Assembly: GCA_050916035.1 (NCBI GenBank)
Contig: CP050876.1
Span: 135,923 to 199,922, forward strand
Length of the DNA stretch: 64,000 bases
Direction of reading: 5' to 3'
DNA from: Vampirovibrio sp.
GTDB lineage: Bacteria > Cyanobacteriota > Vampirovibrionia > Vampirovibrionales > JAJTHC01
This document shows, in pieces, positions 49,756 through 58,767 of the stretch. Both the position numbers and the translations under genes were made by a program. The stretch's first letter is position 1; every line of letters starts with the position of its first letter. The notes beneath the pieces are model-generated. The model made no database searches. It had not been told where the DNA came from and was given only the letters and a program-made list of their open reading frames with translations.

Positions 49756-50616
49756 CTATACGACAGGGGTCACCAAAAAACACACGCCATACAACAGATA
49801 CATGGCCCCCGCGACCAAAATCAAGGTAATGGGATCCTGACTCGGGGTGGCCACTGCCGCAATTAGGAGCATCCCTACAAAGCTTTCTTTCCAATAGCGT
49901 TTTAAAGTCGCTCGCTTCAACAGTTTTAAGCGACCCAGCAAGAACGCCAATAAAGGCATTTGAAAGGTCAGACTCATGACTCCTATTAAAGTCACGGCAA
50001 AACCAATATACGGTAGTAGGCTCATTTGAGGCACCGCCACCCCTTCAGAAAATTGAAAAAGCACTTGTAGCGTTAAAGGCAGTACCGCGAAATATCCAAA
50101 GACTCCGCCGATGAGGCCCCCTCCTGTCGCAAGCCCTAAGGCGGGCATCAACCATGCGCGTTCTTCCAAGGTCAGGGCAGGAAGTAAGAAACGACACGCC
50201 TGCCACAACGCGACAGGCAAGGTCAACACGCTCCCGATTAAAAGCATGATTTGAAAAATACCCAGTAGCGCATCCGTCGGGGCGTGTTGCACGAATTGAG
50301 TCGCCGAAGGGGCTAAGCGTTGTAAGTGATGTAAAGCGGGTTTGGCGACAAAGTAACTCCCCCCTATGGCAAGCACCCAAACGGCTATCGTCCAGCCCAA
50401 ACGCCAACGGAGCTCTTCAATATGAGGGAGCACCCCTTCATCCCAACGTTTTAGCGCCCATTTCCATAAATCTTGGGGCGTTTCAATACGGGCCCAGTCT
50501 TCTTCTAAAGAGGAGGGGGGAACCGTCGCATGAGAAGCATTTAAGGCGTCTGATTCAGGGACTTGCGTGGGGGGGCGTAAATGAGGCGGTAAGGCATCCA
50601 ATGCTTTAAGATCCAT
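49756..50616 (-). CDS. tatC: Twin-arginine translocase subunit TatC
   Basis: HIEELRWRL, FLLPALTLEER, FQMP, AAVATPSQDP. Confidence 0.9.
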   Translation of the reverse strand: MDLKALDALPPHLRPPTQVPESDALNASHATVPPSSLEEDWARIETPQDLWKWALKRWDEGVLPHIEELRWRLGWTIAVWVLAIGGSYFVAKPALHHLQRLAPSATQFVQHAPTDALLGIFQIMLLIGSVLTLPVALWQACRFLLPALTLEERAWLMPALGLATGGGLIGGVFGYFAVLPLTLQVLFQFSEGVAVPQMSLLPYIGFAVTLIGVMSLTFQMPLLAFLLGRLKLLKRATLKRYWKESFVGMLLIAAVATPSQDPITLILVAGAMYLLYGVCFLVTPVV

Positions 50617-51460
50617 GGGAGGCTCCCTTTACAGTCGCACTAAAGAAATGATGAAGCATAAGACTACCCGTTACCCCTACATTTAAGGATTCAGCCACAT
50701 CGGTCATGGCGACACTTAAAACGGGAAAGGCTTTTTTTTCTAAAGCACTCAAACGAAGTCCCTGCCCTTCCTGCCCCAAAACTAGGGCCAGCCCCTGAGT
50801 GGCGGAAGGATTGAATTCATGAAGGTATTGCCCCTGAGCATGCCCGTCTTCAAACGCGTCCGCCAAATAAACATGCCAACCCTGACGCCCCAAGGCATGG
50901 AGGGCTTCTGCAGTTGTAGGGGGGCGGTAGCTTTGAAGCTGAAGTCTAAATTGTAACCCAATAGAGGAGCGAATCACTTTGGGGGACCAGACATCCACCG
51001 CGGGTTCTAAAACCAGCACGCGCTTGACGCCAAAGGCCACGGCACTACGTAACAAGGTCCCCATATTACCAGGGTCTTGTACACCATCTAAAACCAACAG
51101 ACGCTCTTGCGGGTCAAGCGGCCGTGGGAGCTCTTCCGCCGACTGAAGCTGCGCCTGCTGAGGCAGAGACATCACCGCGACCATAGACGGTGCGGAATCG
51201 GTTTCTGCCAGTGTTTTTAGCAAGGCTTCTGTGAGGGGGTGACAGGGTAAGGCAGGTGCAAACGTGTTTGGTGACAGCAAAACGTCTTCGCGGATAAAGA
51301 CGCGTTCGAGGGGAAGTCCCGCTGCTTGAGCTTCTTTGATGGCTTTTTCCCCGACGACCAAAAGCTGCCCCATGGCCATACGATGCTTACGTTGATGCAG
51401 GGCCAGCCCCGCTTTAAAGTAGGGATTTTGTCGACTACGAATGAGTTCAGCAACAGGCAT
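50606..51460 (-). CDS. TrmH/SpoU-family RNA methyltransferase
   Basis: SRQNP, LDGVQDPGNMGTLLRSA, LGQEGQG, AESLNV. Confidence 0.92.
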   Translation of the reverse strand: MPVAELIRSRQNPYFKAGLALHQRKHRMAMGQLLVVGEKAIKEAQAAGLPLERVFIREDVLLSPNTFAPALPCHPLTEALLKTLAETDSAPSMVAVMSLPQQAQLQSAEELPRPLDPQERLLVLDGVQDPGNMGTLLRSAVAFGVKRVLVLEPAVDVWSPKVIRSSIGLQFRLQLQSYRPPTTAEALHALGRQGWHVYLADAFEDGHAQGQYLHEFNPSATQGLALVLGQEGQGLRLSALEKKAFPVLSVAMTDVAESLNVGVTGSLMLHHFFSATVKGASHGS

Positions 51461-51624
51461 AAGATGAAGACTTCCCTAAGCAAGCGAGCGACTACTCGAC
51501 ACCCCTTAGCATACCCAAAAGACCCTCGTCGCGCCAGCACCCATTTATATGGATAGGCTTCCTCACCAAATGGACCAAATGGCGGACGTGTTTTCAAAGT
51601 AAAGGGGGTACGTGGAAGAATGTA

Positions 51625-51930
51625 TAGTGCTTTTCCGCCAAAAATTGAGAGGTTTAACCCTTGCACCTTAAATCGTTGCACAAACCGACGTCCACGCACT
51701 AAATCCGAGCGGGTGAGCGCATGGCGAATCCCCGAGTGATTTTGCGGACGTCCGACGGGAGGGGGTGGGGCAAGCGAAAAGGATGAGAAGGGGGGAGGAT
51801 TTTCAAGGAGGGGGGAAGAGAAGGAGAGCCGCAACAATTTCCTTCTTTTCCCCCTCTCCTTGAACGGATTTAGAGGTGTTGGAGACCTTTTTCAGCGAAA
51901 AGGTCTCTGACGCCACAAGCTCAAAACGGA
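51625..51930 (+). repeat. Dispersed structured repeat, copy C
   Basis: Reverse-complement match to copy B across its length. Confidence 0.9.
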
Positions 51931-52082
51931 GCAAGGAATCTAGGGCTTAGACTTCCCGTATAATGATGAGGAGGTCTGTTTTTAACTGGGCAGACCTATC
52001 ATCCACTCATAGACGAGGAAGGGGACAACTGAATAATAGCAGGACTAATGGTGTTTAGATGAAAATAGTCTGTTCTTTGTTT

Positions 52083-52388
52083 CTAATCCTTGGGAATGCA
52101 AAGCAGTGCACCAGGTGGATCACACTTAGTCTTCTTAGGAGCAGGAGACACATGGACAGCAGGACTATGGATTTCAGAAGGGACTAGTTTAGATGGTAGT
52201 TTTTCGGCCCCATGCAAAATCATTAAACTTAAAAAAGCCCCCACTGTATCTAATTTAGGATTTTTAAGTCCCCCCGACCGTTGTTGAAGTTCAGGCGTGG
52301 GGACGGGCGTCGGGGCGGAGGAGACCCTCGCATGTGCCCCTGTAGAAGGCATGAATCCATAAGCCGCGGGAGATGAAATGTTCATCAT
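52083..52388 (-). CDS. Hypothetical Pro/Ser-rich protein
   Basis: AAAGGA RBS; 101 aa. Confidence 0.55.
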   Translation of the reverse strand: MMNISSPAAYGFMPSTGAHARVSSAPTPVPTPELQQRSGGLKNPKLDTVGAFLSLMILHGAEKLPSKLVPSEIHSPAVHVSPAPKKTKCDPPGALLCIPKD

Positions 52389-52632
52389 AGACGTTTCCTT
52401 TATTTAATGAGTGCGTGTGTCAAAAGAGAAAATACCCTTATTCCATTAAAATACTCTTAAAAACGGAAATAAGAAGACCTTTATACTACACATAATATAT
52501 TAAAAAAATTCGGTGTCAACTCTATTTGACCTTCGGCTTTTGTGCCGTTTTTATTTTAAAACAGCAGGGCTACTCCTTCGGAAGGCTTGCATTCCCCACT
52601 GGTTTATGGATAATAGAATTTATGTCTACTGT

Positions 52633-52706
52633 GGCTATGTAGCTCAGTTGGTTAGAGCATACGGTTCATACCCGTAGTGTCGCAGGTTCGAATCCCGCCA
52701 TAGCCA
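52633..52706 (+). tRNA. tRNA-Met (CAT), elongator
   Basis: Cloverleaf; TACGG-TTCATAC-CCGTA anticodon arm; paired 1:72; CCA not encoded. Confidence 0.92.
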
Positions 52707-52710
52707 TTTG

Positions 52711-52733
52711 AAAACTCCCTACGGGGAGTTTTT
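52711..52733 (+). terminator. Intrinsic terminator
   Basis: AAAACTCCC-TACG-GGGAGTTTTT. Confidence 0.85.
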
Positions 52734-52816
52734 GCTTGGGAGCGCATTCAAAATCCCCCCTTGGGGTGAGCATGCTTGGCGAGGACTCCGCAATCAAATG
52801 AGTCTAAAAGAAGGGC

Positions 52817-53545
52817 CTAATTTAAATTACGGCGCACCTTGACCAAGGCATCTTGGGCGCGTTGGGCAATATCCGCCACGGGGTGATGGCTATGGGCCTG
52901 TAACACGGTTAATACCTCTGAACGGGCTTCTCCAATTTGTCCCAAGGCCCATGCACACAACGCCAAGACATCGACAGGGCTGTCCACTTGCAAGGCCTGC
53001 ACCAAATGCGGAATCGCCATGGTATTTTTTAGCTTGCCTAAGTGCCATGCGGCAATGCATTGGACATCCGCCTGCCCGTCTTTTAACATCAGACACAGTT
53101 CAGGTAGGGCGTCGGCTCCAAAATGTTCCAGCGCTTCAGCTGCTGTGCCAAAAAAATCATTATCTTCTTGTTGGAGGGCTTTCATCAAGCAGTCTAGCGC
53201 TTTGGCATGTTGGGTTTTACCCAAGGCTTCTAAGGCCACTACTCGCAAAGATTTGGCTTCGGCTTCATTTTCATAGCACCTTAGTAAGGCATCGGTGGCT
53301 GATTCACTGGCCCATTCACCCAAGACCACGGCAATGGCTTCACGCACCTCAAGTGCTAGCCCTGAATCCGCCTCAAAAAGGGGGAGTAAAGCCATTAAGG
53401 CATCCACACTGTTGCCTGTCATCATTTGAAACAAGGCCTTCATACGTGCATCCATCGGCTGAGCTGGATCTCTTAAGGTGTCGAGACACGCTTGTGGATC
53501 ATAATCCGAGAAATCAGCGTCTGAAAAAGAATCGGACAACATCAT
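52817..53545 (-). CDS. HEAT-repeat (PBS lyase-like) protein
   Basis: Repeated units VREAIAVVLG, RVVALEALGK, IAAWHLGK, CAWALGQIG. Confidence 0.88.
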   Translation of the reverse strand: MMLSDSFSDADFSDYDPQACLDTLRDPAQPMDARMKALFQMMTGNSVDALMALLPLFEADSGLALEVREAIAVVLGEWASESATDALLRCYENEAEAKSLRVVALEALGKTQHAKALDCLMKALQQEDNDFFGTAAEALEHFGADALPELCLMLKDGQADVQCIAAWHLGKLKNTMAIPHLVQALQVDSPVDVLALCAWALGQIGEARSEVLTVLQAHSHHPVADIAQRAQDALVKVRRNLN

Positions 53546-53670
53546 AAGTAAAACCTTTGCAAAGGGTTAATCATTGTCTTTTACACTGTTTTTGATGATA
53601 GCACAAAGTCAAAAAATGACGTAGGGACACCGAAGAAGAAAAAATCCCTCCTTCAAACGAAGGAGCTGCC

Positions 53671-53697
53671 TTTAGTCCCGTTGCGACCCGCCGATAA
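53671..53697 (+). promoter_or_regulatory. Sigma-28 (FliA/SigD) promoter of flagellin
   Basis: TTTA-N15-GCCGATAA (consensus TAAA-N15-GCCGATAA). Confidence 0.75.
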
Positions 53698-53762
53698 AAG
53701 AATGAGAGAGAGTACCAGAGCAGAGACCCCCATTTGTGGACTTTCAAGGAGGAAAGCCAGTC

Positions 53763-54662
53763 ATGACCGTAAAATTTGTCAACAGTAATTTAAATGCCAT
53801 TAAAGCCTTACAAACGCTTCGTACCAATACCAATCGGGTGGATCGGGCGGCTCAAGACATCGCCAGTTCCAAAAAAATCCGAAGTAGTGCGGATGACGCC
53901 AGTGGTTACGCCATTATTCAAAATTTAAACTTTGATTTACTCACCCGCCAACGGGCCACGCAAAATGTGCAAGACGGTTTGTCCATGCTACAAACCACCG
54001 AAGGTAGCCTAAGTGTGATGAACGACAACTTACAACGCATTCGAGAACTCGTGGTTCAAGGGGCTTCAGACACTTATGGCCCAGAACAACGCACCAATAT
54101 AGCCAAAGAAATGCGAAGTTTGCTCAACGAAATCAACCGTATGGGCGCTGCGGCAACCTTTAATGGGTCCAACCTATTAGATGGGTCTTTAACGGATGCT
54201 AAAATTCAAGTTTCAGGCGGTTCAAGCCTAACAGGCAATACCATTGACATCGTTGGGGCTTTTGCCCAAATCGATACCACCACTTTGGGACTCGAAGGCG
54301 TGGTGGACCCTCTCCGATGGACGCCCAGTACCTTAAATGATATTTATGACGGGACCACGACCCAACTCACCAGTGCGGACCGCATGCGGTCTTACCTCAA
54401 AGATTTGGATAATGCGCTGAGTGTCATTGGTAATCAACGTGGGACCATTGGGGCTTTAAGCAATCAATTAGAAGGCGCCAACGAGTACGTCAATAATAGT
54501 ATTTTAAATGTTACGGCGTCTCGTAGTCGACTGGAAGACACGGATATTGCCAAATCTTCCGCCGAATACACGCAAGCACAAGTCTTACAAAGTGCAGCCG
54601 TCAGTATTTTAAGCCAAGCCAACGTGAGTAATCAAGCCGTTTTACAATTACTTAAAATGTAG
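53763..54662 (+). CDS. fliC: Flagellin
   Basis: IRSSADDASG, NVQDGLSMLQTTEG, LQRIRELVVQ, FNGSNLLDG, SRLEDTDIA, ILSQAN. Confidence 0.95.
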   Translation: MTVKFVNSNLNAIKALQTLRTNTNRVDRAAQDIASSKKIRSSADDASGYAIIQNLNFDLLTRQRATQNVQDGLSMLQTTEGSLSVMNDNLQRIRELVVQGASDTYGPEQRTNIAKEMRSLLNEINRMGAAATFNGSNLLDGSLTDAKIQVSGGSSLTGNTIDIVGAFAQIDTTTLGLEGVVDPLRWTPSTLNDIYDGTTTQLTSADRMRSYLKDLDNALSVIGNQRGTIGALSNQLEGANEYVNNSILNVTASRSRLEDTDIAKSSAEYTQAQVLQSAAVSILSQANVSNQAVLQLLKM

Positions 54663-54663
54663 T

Positions 54664-54850
54664 TTATAATAAGTTCGTTACATGAGTTGACACGAAATGG
54701 AAGGCTTGTTGTGCAACATCTCCAATAGGCCCTGAAACATGGAGTGCCCCAAGGCCATTGTGGATTTGAGCGTCTAAACTCGCTTGAAAATGATCCACGG
54801 CTGGTACATTAGTATAATTCTGTGTTATAGCTTTTTTTACATATTTTTTA
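54664..54850 (-). pseudogene. 3' remnant of a gene cut off by the IS
   Basis: Open frame KKYVKKAITQ...HVTNLL* begins at the IS end with no start codon or RBS of its own. Confidence 0.45.
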
Positions 54851-55380
54851 GACCTTATACGGTAAGTTTTCTCAAATGAAGGATGGCACAACCGAGTTCC
54901 CAAAAGGCTTGCCAATGTTCTCGCTTTCGTTCATAGCGTAAAACTAGCTTCCGAAAACCTTCCAACCAAGCAAAGGTCCGCTCAATGGTCCACCGTCCTT
55001 TGTAAATATCAGGCTTGGGGGTCCTCACTTTTGGCTTGTTTTTGAACTGTCGCTTGGGAATCACAGGCGTTAATTTTTTGTGCCGTAACTGCCGACGAAG
55101 CCGCTTGCAATCATAGCCTTTATCTGCCACAATGTAGCTGTTGGCGGGGATTTCCGCTAAAATGTGACCGAAGGCATGTCGGTCATGCCGATTCCCTTTT
55201 TCAATATGAATCGCCTCAGGCAAGCCCGCTTCATTGGCAATGAGGCTTACTTTCGTGCCCTTTAATTTTCCTGCTCGTCCAACGCAATCGCCCTTTTTTT
55301 GCCGACTTAATCGTCGCATCGAGATAGTAGAACCAATACGGTAAGTTTGTGTTCTTATCCATAAATTTAAAGAATCGTCG
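54849..55380 (-). mobile_element. IS5-family insertion sequence remnant
   Basis: Terminal sequence TAGACCTTATACGGTAAGTTT at 54849-54869, related end at 55328-55348, and a truncated DDE transposase between them. Confidence 0.85.
54855..55327 (-). pseudogene. 5'-truncated IS5-family transposase with -1 frameshift site
   Basis: YLDATIKSAKKG joined through A-AAA-AAG to GDCVG..GTKV..VADKGYD..YKGRWTIERTFAWL..RYER; N-terminal part missing. Confidence 0.85.
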
Positions 55381-55381
55381 T

Positions 55382-56512
55382 CTAAAAAATGTCTTTTAAA
55401 AAGGAGAGAATCTCGGGGGTGGCGGGGGTACTTCCAAAGGGAGAGTCCAGACTCTTCAACGACGCCAAAAAGGCCGTGTCATACAAGAGTTGCTGCATGC
55501 CCTTAGAAACAGCCTCCACCCCATAATCACAATGAATCACGTTCGCCGCGTGTTCTCGACCCGCTTGACGCGAGCCGATATTCAAGCACGGCACCTGAAA
55601 TAGCGCCGTTTCATACAAACCTGAACTCGAATTCCCAAGCACCCCCACACTATGACGAAGGGCTTGCACGTAGCCTTCTGCCCCTAAATGAGGCACTCCC
55701 TTTAAGTGGGGGTAACGCTGAAGGAAAGCGTGAAGAACAGCCTGCATCGAAGGGGCGTCTACATCCTGATTGGGAGCGGTCACCACGATTTGAAGGTCCT
55801 TAAAACGTGCTAAGGCCTCTAGACTGGCGTGAAGATTCTCGGCATTGTCTTGCCCCACCACAGGGTGTTGCGTAAACAGCGCAAAGGGTTGTGCTTCCAC
55901 CAAACCCCATTGCTCACAAAAGGAGCGACGACTTTGCAAGGGAATGCGTCGTGCATTGTCCACAGCAAGAGACGAAGTCCGTCGAATATGAGAAGGGGGT
56001 AATACTCCTTGCAGCAACAGGCGAGCTTCGCTTTTTTGAGAAAAACAAACAACAGCGGTGGCGAGACTTGAAATCGCAAAACGAAGGCGGTCATCCCACG
56101 ATCCCCCCAAGGTTAAGTCCCCCCCCGCCAATTGAAGTAAAGGCACCCTCGCGGTAAAAGTCGCCAACGCCACGCCCATGGCTTCAAAGCGATCCCCAAG
56201 TAAAATGAGTCCCTGAGGGCATGTGGCCGCATCCTGAAAGGCGTGAGTCATCGCCGTTTGATGCTGACTCATTTGCGCCGACACCGATTGCGAGGGCAAG
56301 GAAAGTCCTGCTTCCAAGGGCAATAGAAGACGATGTTTAATCGTTTTAATTTGACACGCCTCTAAAAAAGAAGTGGCGTTATGTAGATGTTCTCCCCCCA
56401 GCCACAAGGTGATCTCCCAAGTGGGATCATCACTCAAGCCTAAAAGCAAGGGATGTAGTAAGCCATAATCGGCACGGTTGCCCGTAAAGACCCACAGTGG
56501 CTTTTTAGACAT
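55382..56512 (-). CDS. neuC: UDP-N-acetylglucosamine 2-epimerase (hydrolysing, NeuC/LegG-like)
   Basis: TGNRADYGLL, LGDRFE, TQHPV, GNSSSGLYE, NIGSRQAGR. Confidence 0.88.
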   Translation of the reverse strand: MSKKPLWVFTGNRADYGLLHPLLLGLSDDPTWEITLWLGGEHLHNATSFLEACQIKTIKHRLLLPLEAGLSLPSQSVSAQMSQHQTAMTHAFQDAATCPQGLILLGDRFEAMGVALATFTARVPLLQLAGGDLTLGGSWDDRLRFAISSLATAVVCFSQKSEARLLLQGVLPPSHIRRTSSLAVDNARRIPLQSRRSFCEQWGLVEAQPFALFTQHPVVGQDNAENLHASLEALARFKDLQIVVTAPNQDVDAPSMQAVLHAFLQRYPHLKGVPHLGAEGYVQALRHSVGVLGNSSSGLYETALFQVPCLNIGSRQAGREHAANVIHCDYGVEAVSKGMQQLLYDTAFLASLKSLDSPFGSTPATPEILSFLKDIF

Positions 56513-56513
56513 G

Positions 56514-57155
56514 TCACCCCTTCCCCGTATATAAAAGATTCCACATCAATTGCTGACACAAAAAGTCTAAAATTTCCACATAACGCTTAGCGTCTGCAGG
56601 CGTCTGGCCCCATACATAAAGCCCATGCCCTTGAATAAAAAAAGCAGGCACGCTTAAACGATTCCAATAAGGCGTTAAGCCCTGACACAAGGCGGGAATA
56701 TCTTGCGAATTGGGAATCATTACCAGATGCGCTTCAGACTCGTGCGTTTTAAAACCGAGCCCCTTCAACATTTCAATTTGCGGTAACGCTAAGTCAAACA
56801 CCCCTGAATCCACATCCTTCACCTGCCGAGACAACCAAGTCCCCACAGGAGGGTGCACATGGTAAATGACCTGAGCCGTAGGAAATTGTTGGTAAATACG
56901 TTCATGAATCAAGGCTTCATCCGAAGGTTGACGTGAATCCAAAGGATCAACAGGCGTTAAATCAGTGGTCAAGGCCATAAAATCATGAGGGGTGAGTGCC
57001 CCTTTATCTACTCCACTGGCGGTCACCCAATACGTCGCTTCCGTTTTGCCACGACAAGAAAAATTCCCTGAGGTCCCCATAATCCAAGCACGTGTATAAA
57101 AAAGCGCCGCGTCTTTTGAAATTTGTAACAGCCCTTCAGTGGGGGGGAGAGACAT
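56514..57155 (-). CDS. mtnB: Methylthioribulose-1-phosphate dehydratase
   Basis: GTSGNFS, TASGVDKG, PSDEALIH, HVH, EMLKGLG..TH, GHGLYVWG. Confidence 0.9.
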   Translation of the reverse strand: MSLPPTEGLLQISKDAALFYTRAWIMGTSGNFSCRGKTEATYWVTASGVDKGALTPHDFMALTTDLTPVDPLDSRQPSDEALIHERIYQQFPTAQVIYHVHPPVGTWLSRQVKDVDSGVFDLALPQIEMLKGLGFKTHESEAHLVMIPNSQDIPALCQGLTPYWNRLSVPAFFIQGHGLYVWGQTPADAKRYVEILDFLCQQLMWNLLYTGKG

Positions 57156-57245
57156 AACGCTTACGGCTCCTTATGTGTTTTATTGTCTTTATGTTAAAAT
57201 TAAAGCATCCATTTAGCAAGTCTGTGTTAAGCAAAGGAGCCTGTC

Positions 57246-57806
57246 ATGTCCGCCCAAGAAATTATCACCAAAGCCCAAGACCGTATGAAAAAAGCCATTA
57301 TGGCGACTCAAAATGAAATGGCGACTTTACGTTCAGGGCGCGCAAACCCGAGCATTTTAGACCGTATTGTGGTGGATTATTACAATACCCCCACCCCTGT
57401 GCGACAAATGGCCAACGTGTCCGTCACCGATGGCATGACCTTAGTCATTCAGCCTTACGACAAAACGGTACTTGCGGATATTGAACGTGCCATTGCCAAA
57501 TCCGAATTGGGATTGTCCCCTAATAATGATGGTTCTGTCATCCGCATTAATCTTCCTCCGATGTCCGCTGAGCGACGCAAAGAAACCTGTAAAACGGTTG
57601 CCAAAATGGGAGAAGAAGGGAAAGTGGCGATTCGCAATGTACGACGAGACGCCATGGACGAACTCAAAAAACTTGAAAAAACGGATGGCATTTCTGAAGA
57701 TGAAATTCATGGACACCAAGACAGCATCCAAAAAAAGACCGATGCCTTTATTAAAGAAATTGACCAATTGGTTGTAGCAAAAGAAGCCGAAATTATGGAA
57801 ATCTAG
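57246..57806 (+). CDS. frr: Ribosome recycling factor
   Basis: LRSGRANP, VDYY, LSPNNDG, KVAIRNVRR, KEAEIME. Confidence 0.98.
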   Translation: MSAQEIITKAQDRMKKAIMATQNEMATLRSGRANPSILDRIVVDYYNTPTPVRQMANVSVTDGMTLVIQPYDKTVLADIERAIAKSELGLSPNNDGSVIRINLPPMSAERRKETCKTVAKMGEEGKVAIRNVRRDAMDELKKLEKTDGISEDEIHGHQDSIQKKTDAFIKEIDQLVVAKEAEIMEI

Positions 57807-57809
57807 ACT

Positions 57810-58760
57810 ATGACACCTCCTCCTCGTGATTCATCGGAGCTTGATACGACAAGTCCATCAAATGCTGGCCTTGCTCACAAAGCAAGTCGAGTGCGTGTGG
57901 GGGTTCTTTTAGGCTTAGTGGCCTTTGGATTGGTGGTGCTGGGCGGTTGGGCATGGACCTTAACCTTTGTAGTGACCGTAAGCATTGCGTTTCAAGAACT
58001 AAAAGCCTTATTCAAAGCCCAAAATGTCTTTATCTCACCGAGCATCTATTATAGCACCTTACCCTTTTTTACACTCGTGGCACATGCCAATGAAAAACTA
58101 GGTTGGATGTGGGCGATTATGATGATCGCTACGACACTGGCGTCTTTTCAATGGTTGTTTCATCGCCCTAAAAGGACCTTTACCGACTTAAGTGCGACGC
58201 TTTTTACTCTGTTTTACTTAGGGATGCTTCCCGTACATGCCTTACTCCTACGTCGTGAAGGCGTCCTTTCGGGGGAACCTTTACTCCAGCAGGACGGACT
58301 CTACTACGTGCTGTGGGTACTATGGGTGATTATTGGTGCCGATGTCGGTGCCTATTACATCGGTAAACTTTTCGGTAAGCATTTACTCTACCCAGAACTC
58401 AGTCCCAAAAAAACACAAGAAGGTGCCTTAGGGGGACTCATCACAGGGGTTGGGGTAGGACTCTCCTTTGCATTATTGATCCATTTCCCTTTACACCACG
58501 CCTTTATTCTCAGTACACTGGTGATTATATCGGCGTCCTTGGGTGATTTAGTGGAGTCCAAACTCAAGCGCGAAGCAGGCTTAAAAGATTCAGGCTTTTT
58601 GTTGGCAGGCCATGGGGGCGTATTGGACCGCATTGACAGCTACATTTTTTCAATCCCCCTTGCCTATTATTATATACATTGGGTCGTTCATCACCAAGGC
58701 ATGTGGAAAGAATTACAAGCTTTTTTCTTAAAACTACTGGATTTTAGCATTCATTTTTAA
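57810..58760 (+). CDS. cdsA: Phosphatidate cytidylyltransferase
   Basis: DVGAYYIG, LSPKKTQEG, GDLVESKLKREAGLKDSG..GHGGVLDRIDS. Confidence 0.96.
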   Translation: MTPPPRDSSELDTTSPSNAGLAHKASRVRVGVLLGLVAFGLVVLGGWAWTLTFVVTVSIAFQELKALFKAQNVFISPSIYYSTLPFFTLVAHANEKLGWMWAIMMIATTLASFQWLFHRPKRTFTDLSATLFTLFYLGMLPVHALLLRREGVLSGEPLLQQDGLYYVLWVLWVIIGADVGAYYIGKLFGKHLLYPELSPKKTQEGALGGLITGVGVGLSFALLIHFPLHHAFILSTLVIISASLGDLVESKLKREAGLKDSGFLLAGHGGVLDRIDSYIFSIPLAYYYIHWVVHHQGMWKELQAFFLKLLDFSIHF

Positions 58761-58767
58761 AGGAACG

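Noticed and set aside
53620-53670. ACACCGAAGAAG and CGAAGGAGC resembling glycine riboswitch motifs; also CTCTCAGG at ~41909
   Set aside because: The GGAGA, CCGAAG and TCAGG elements never occur together in order, and the gene context is wrong.
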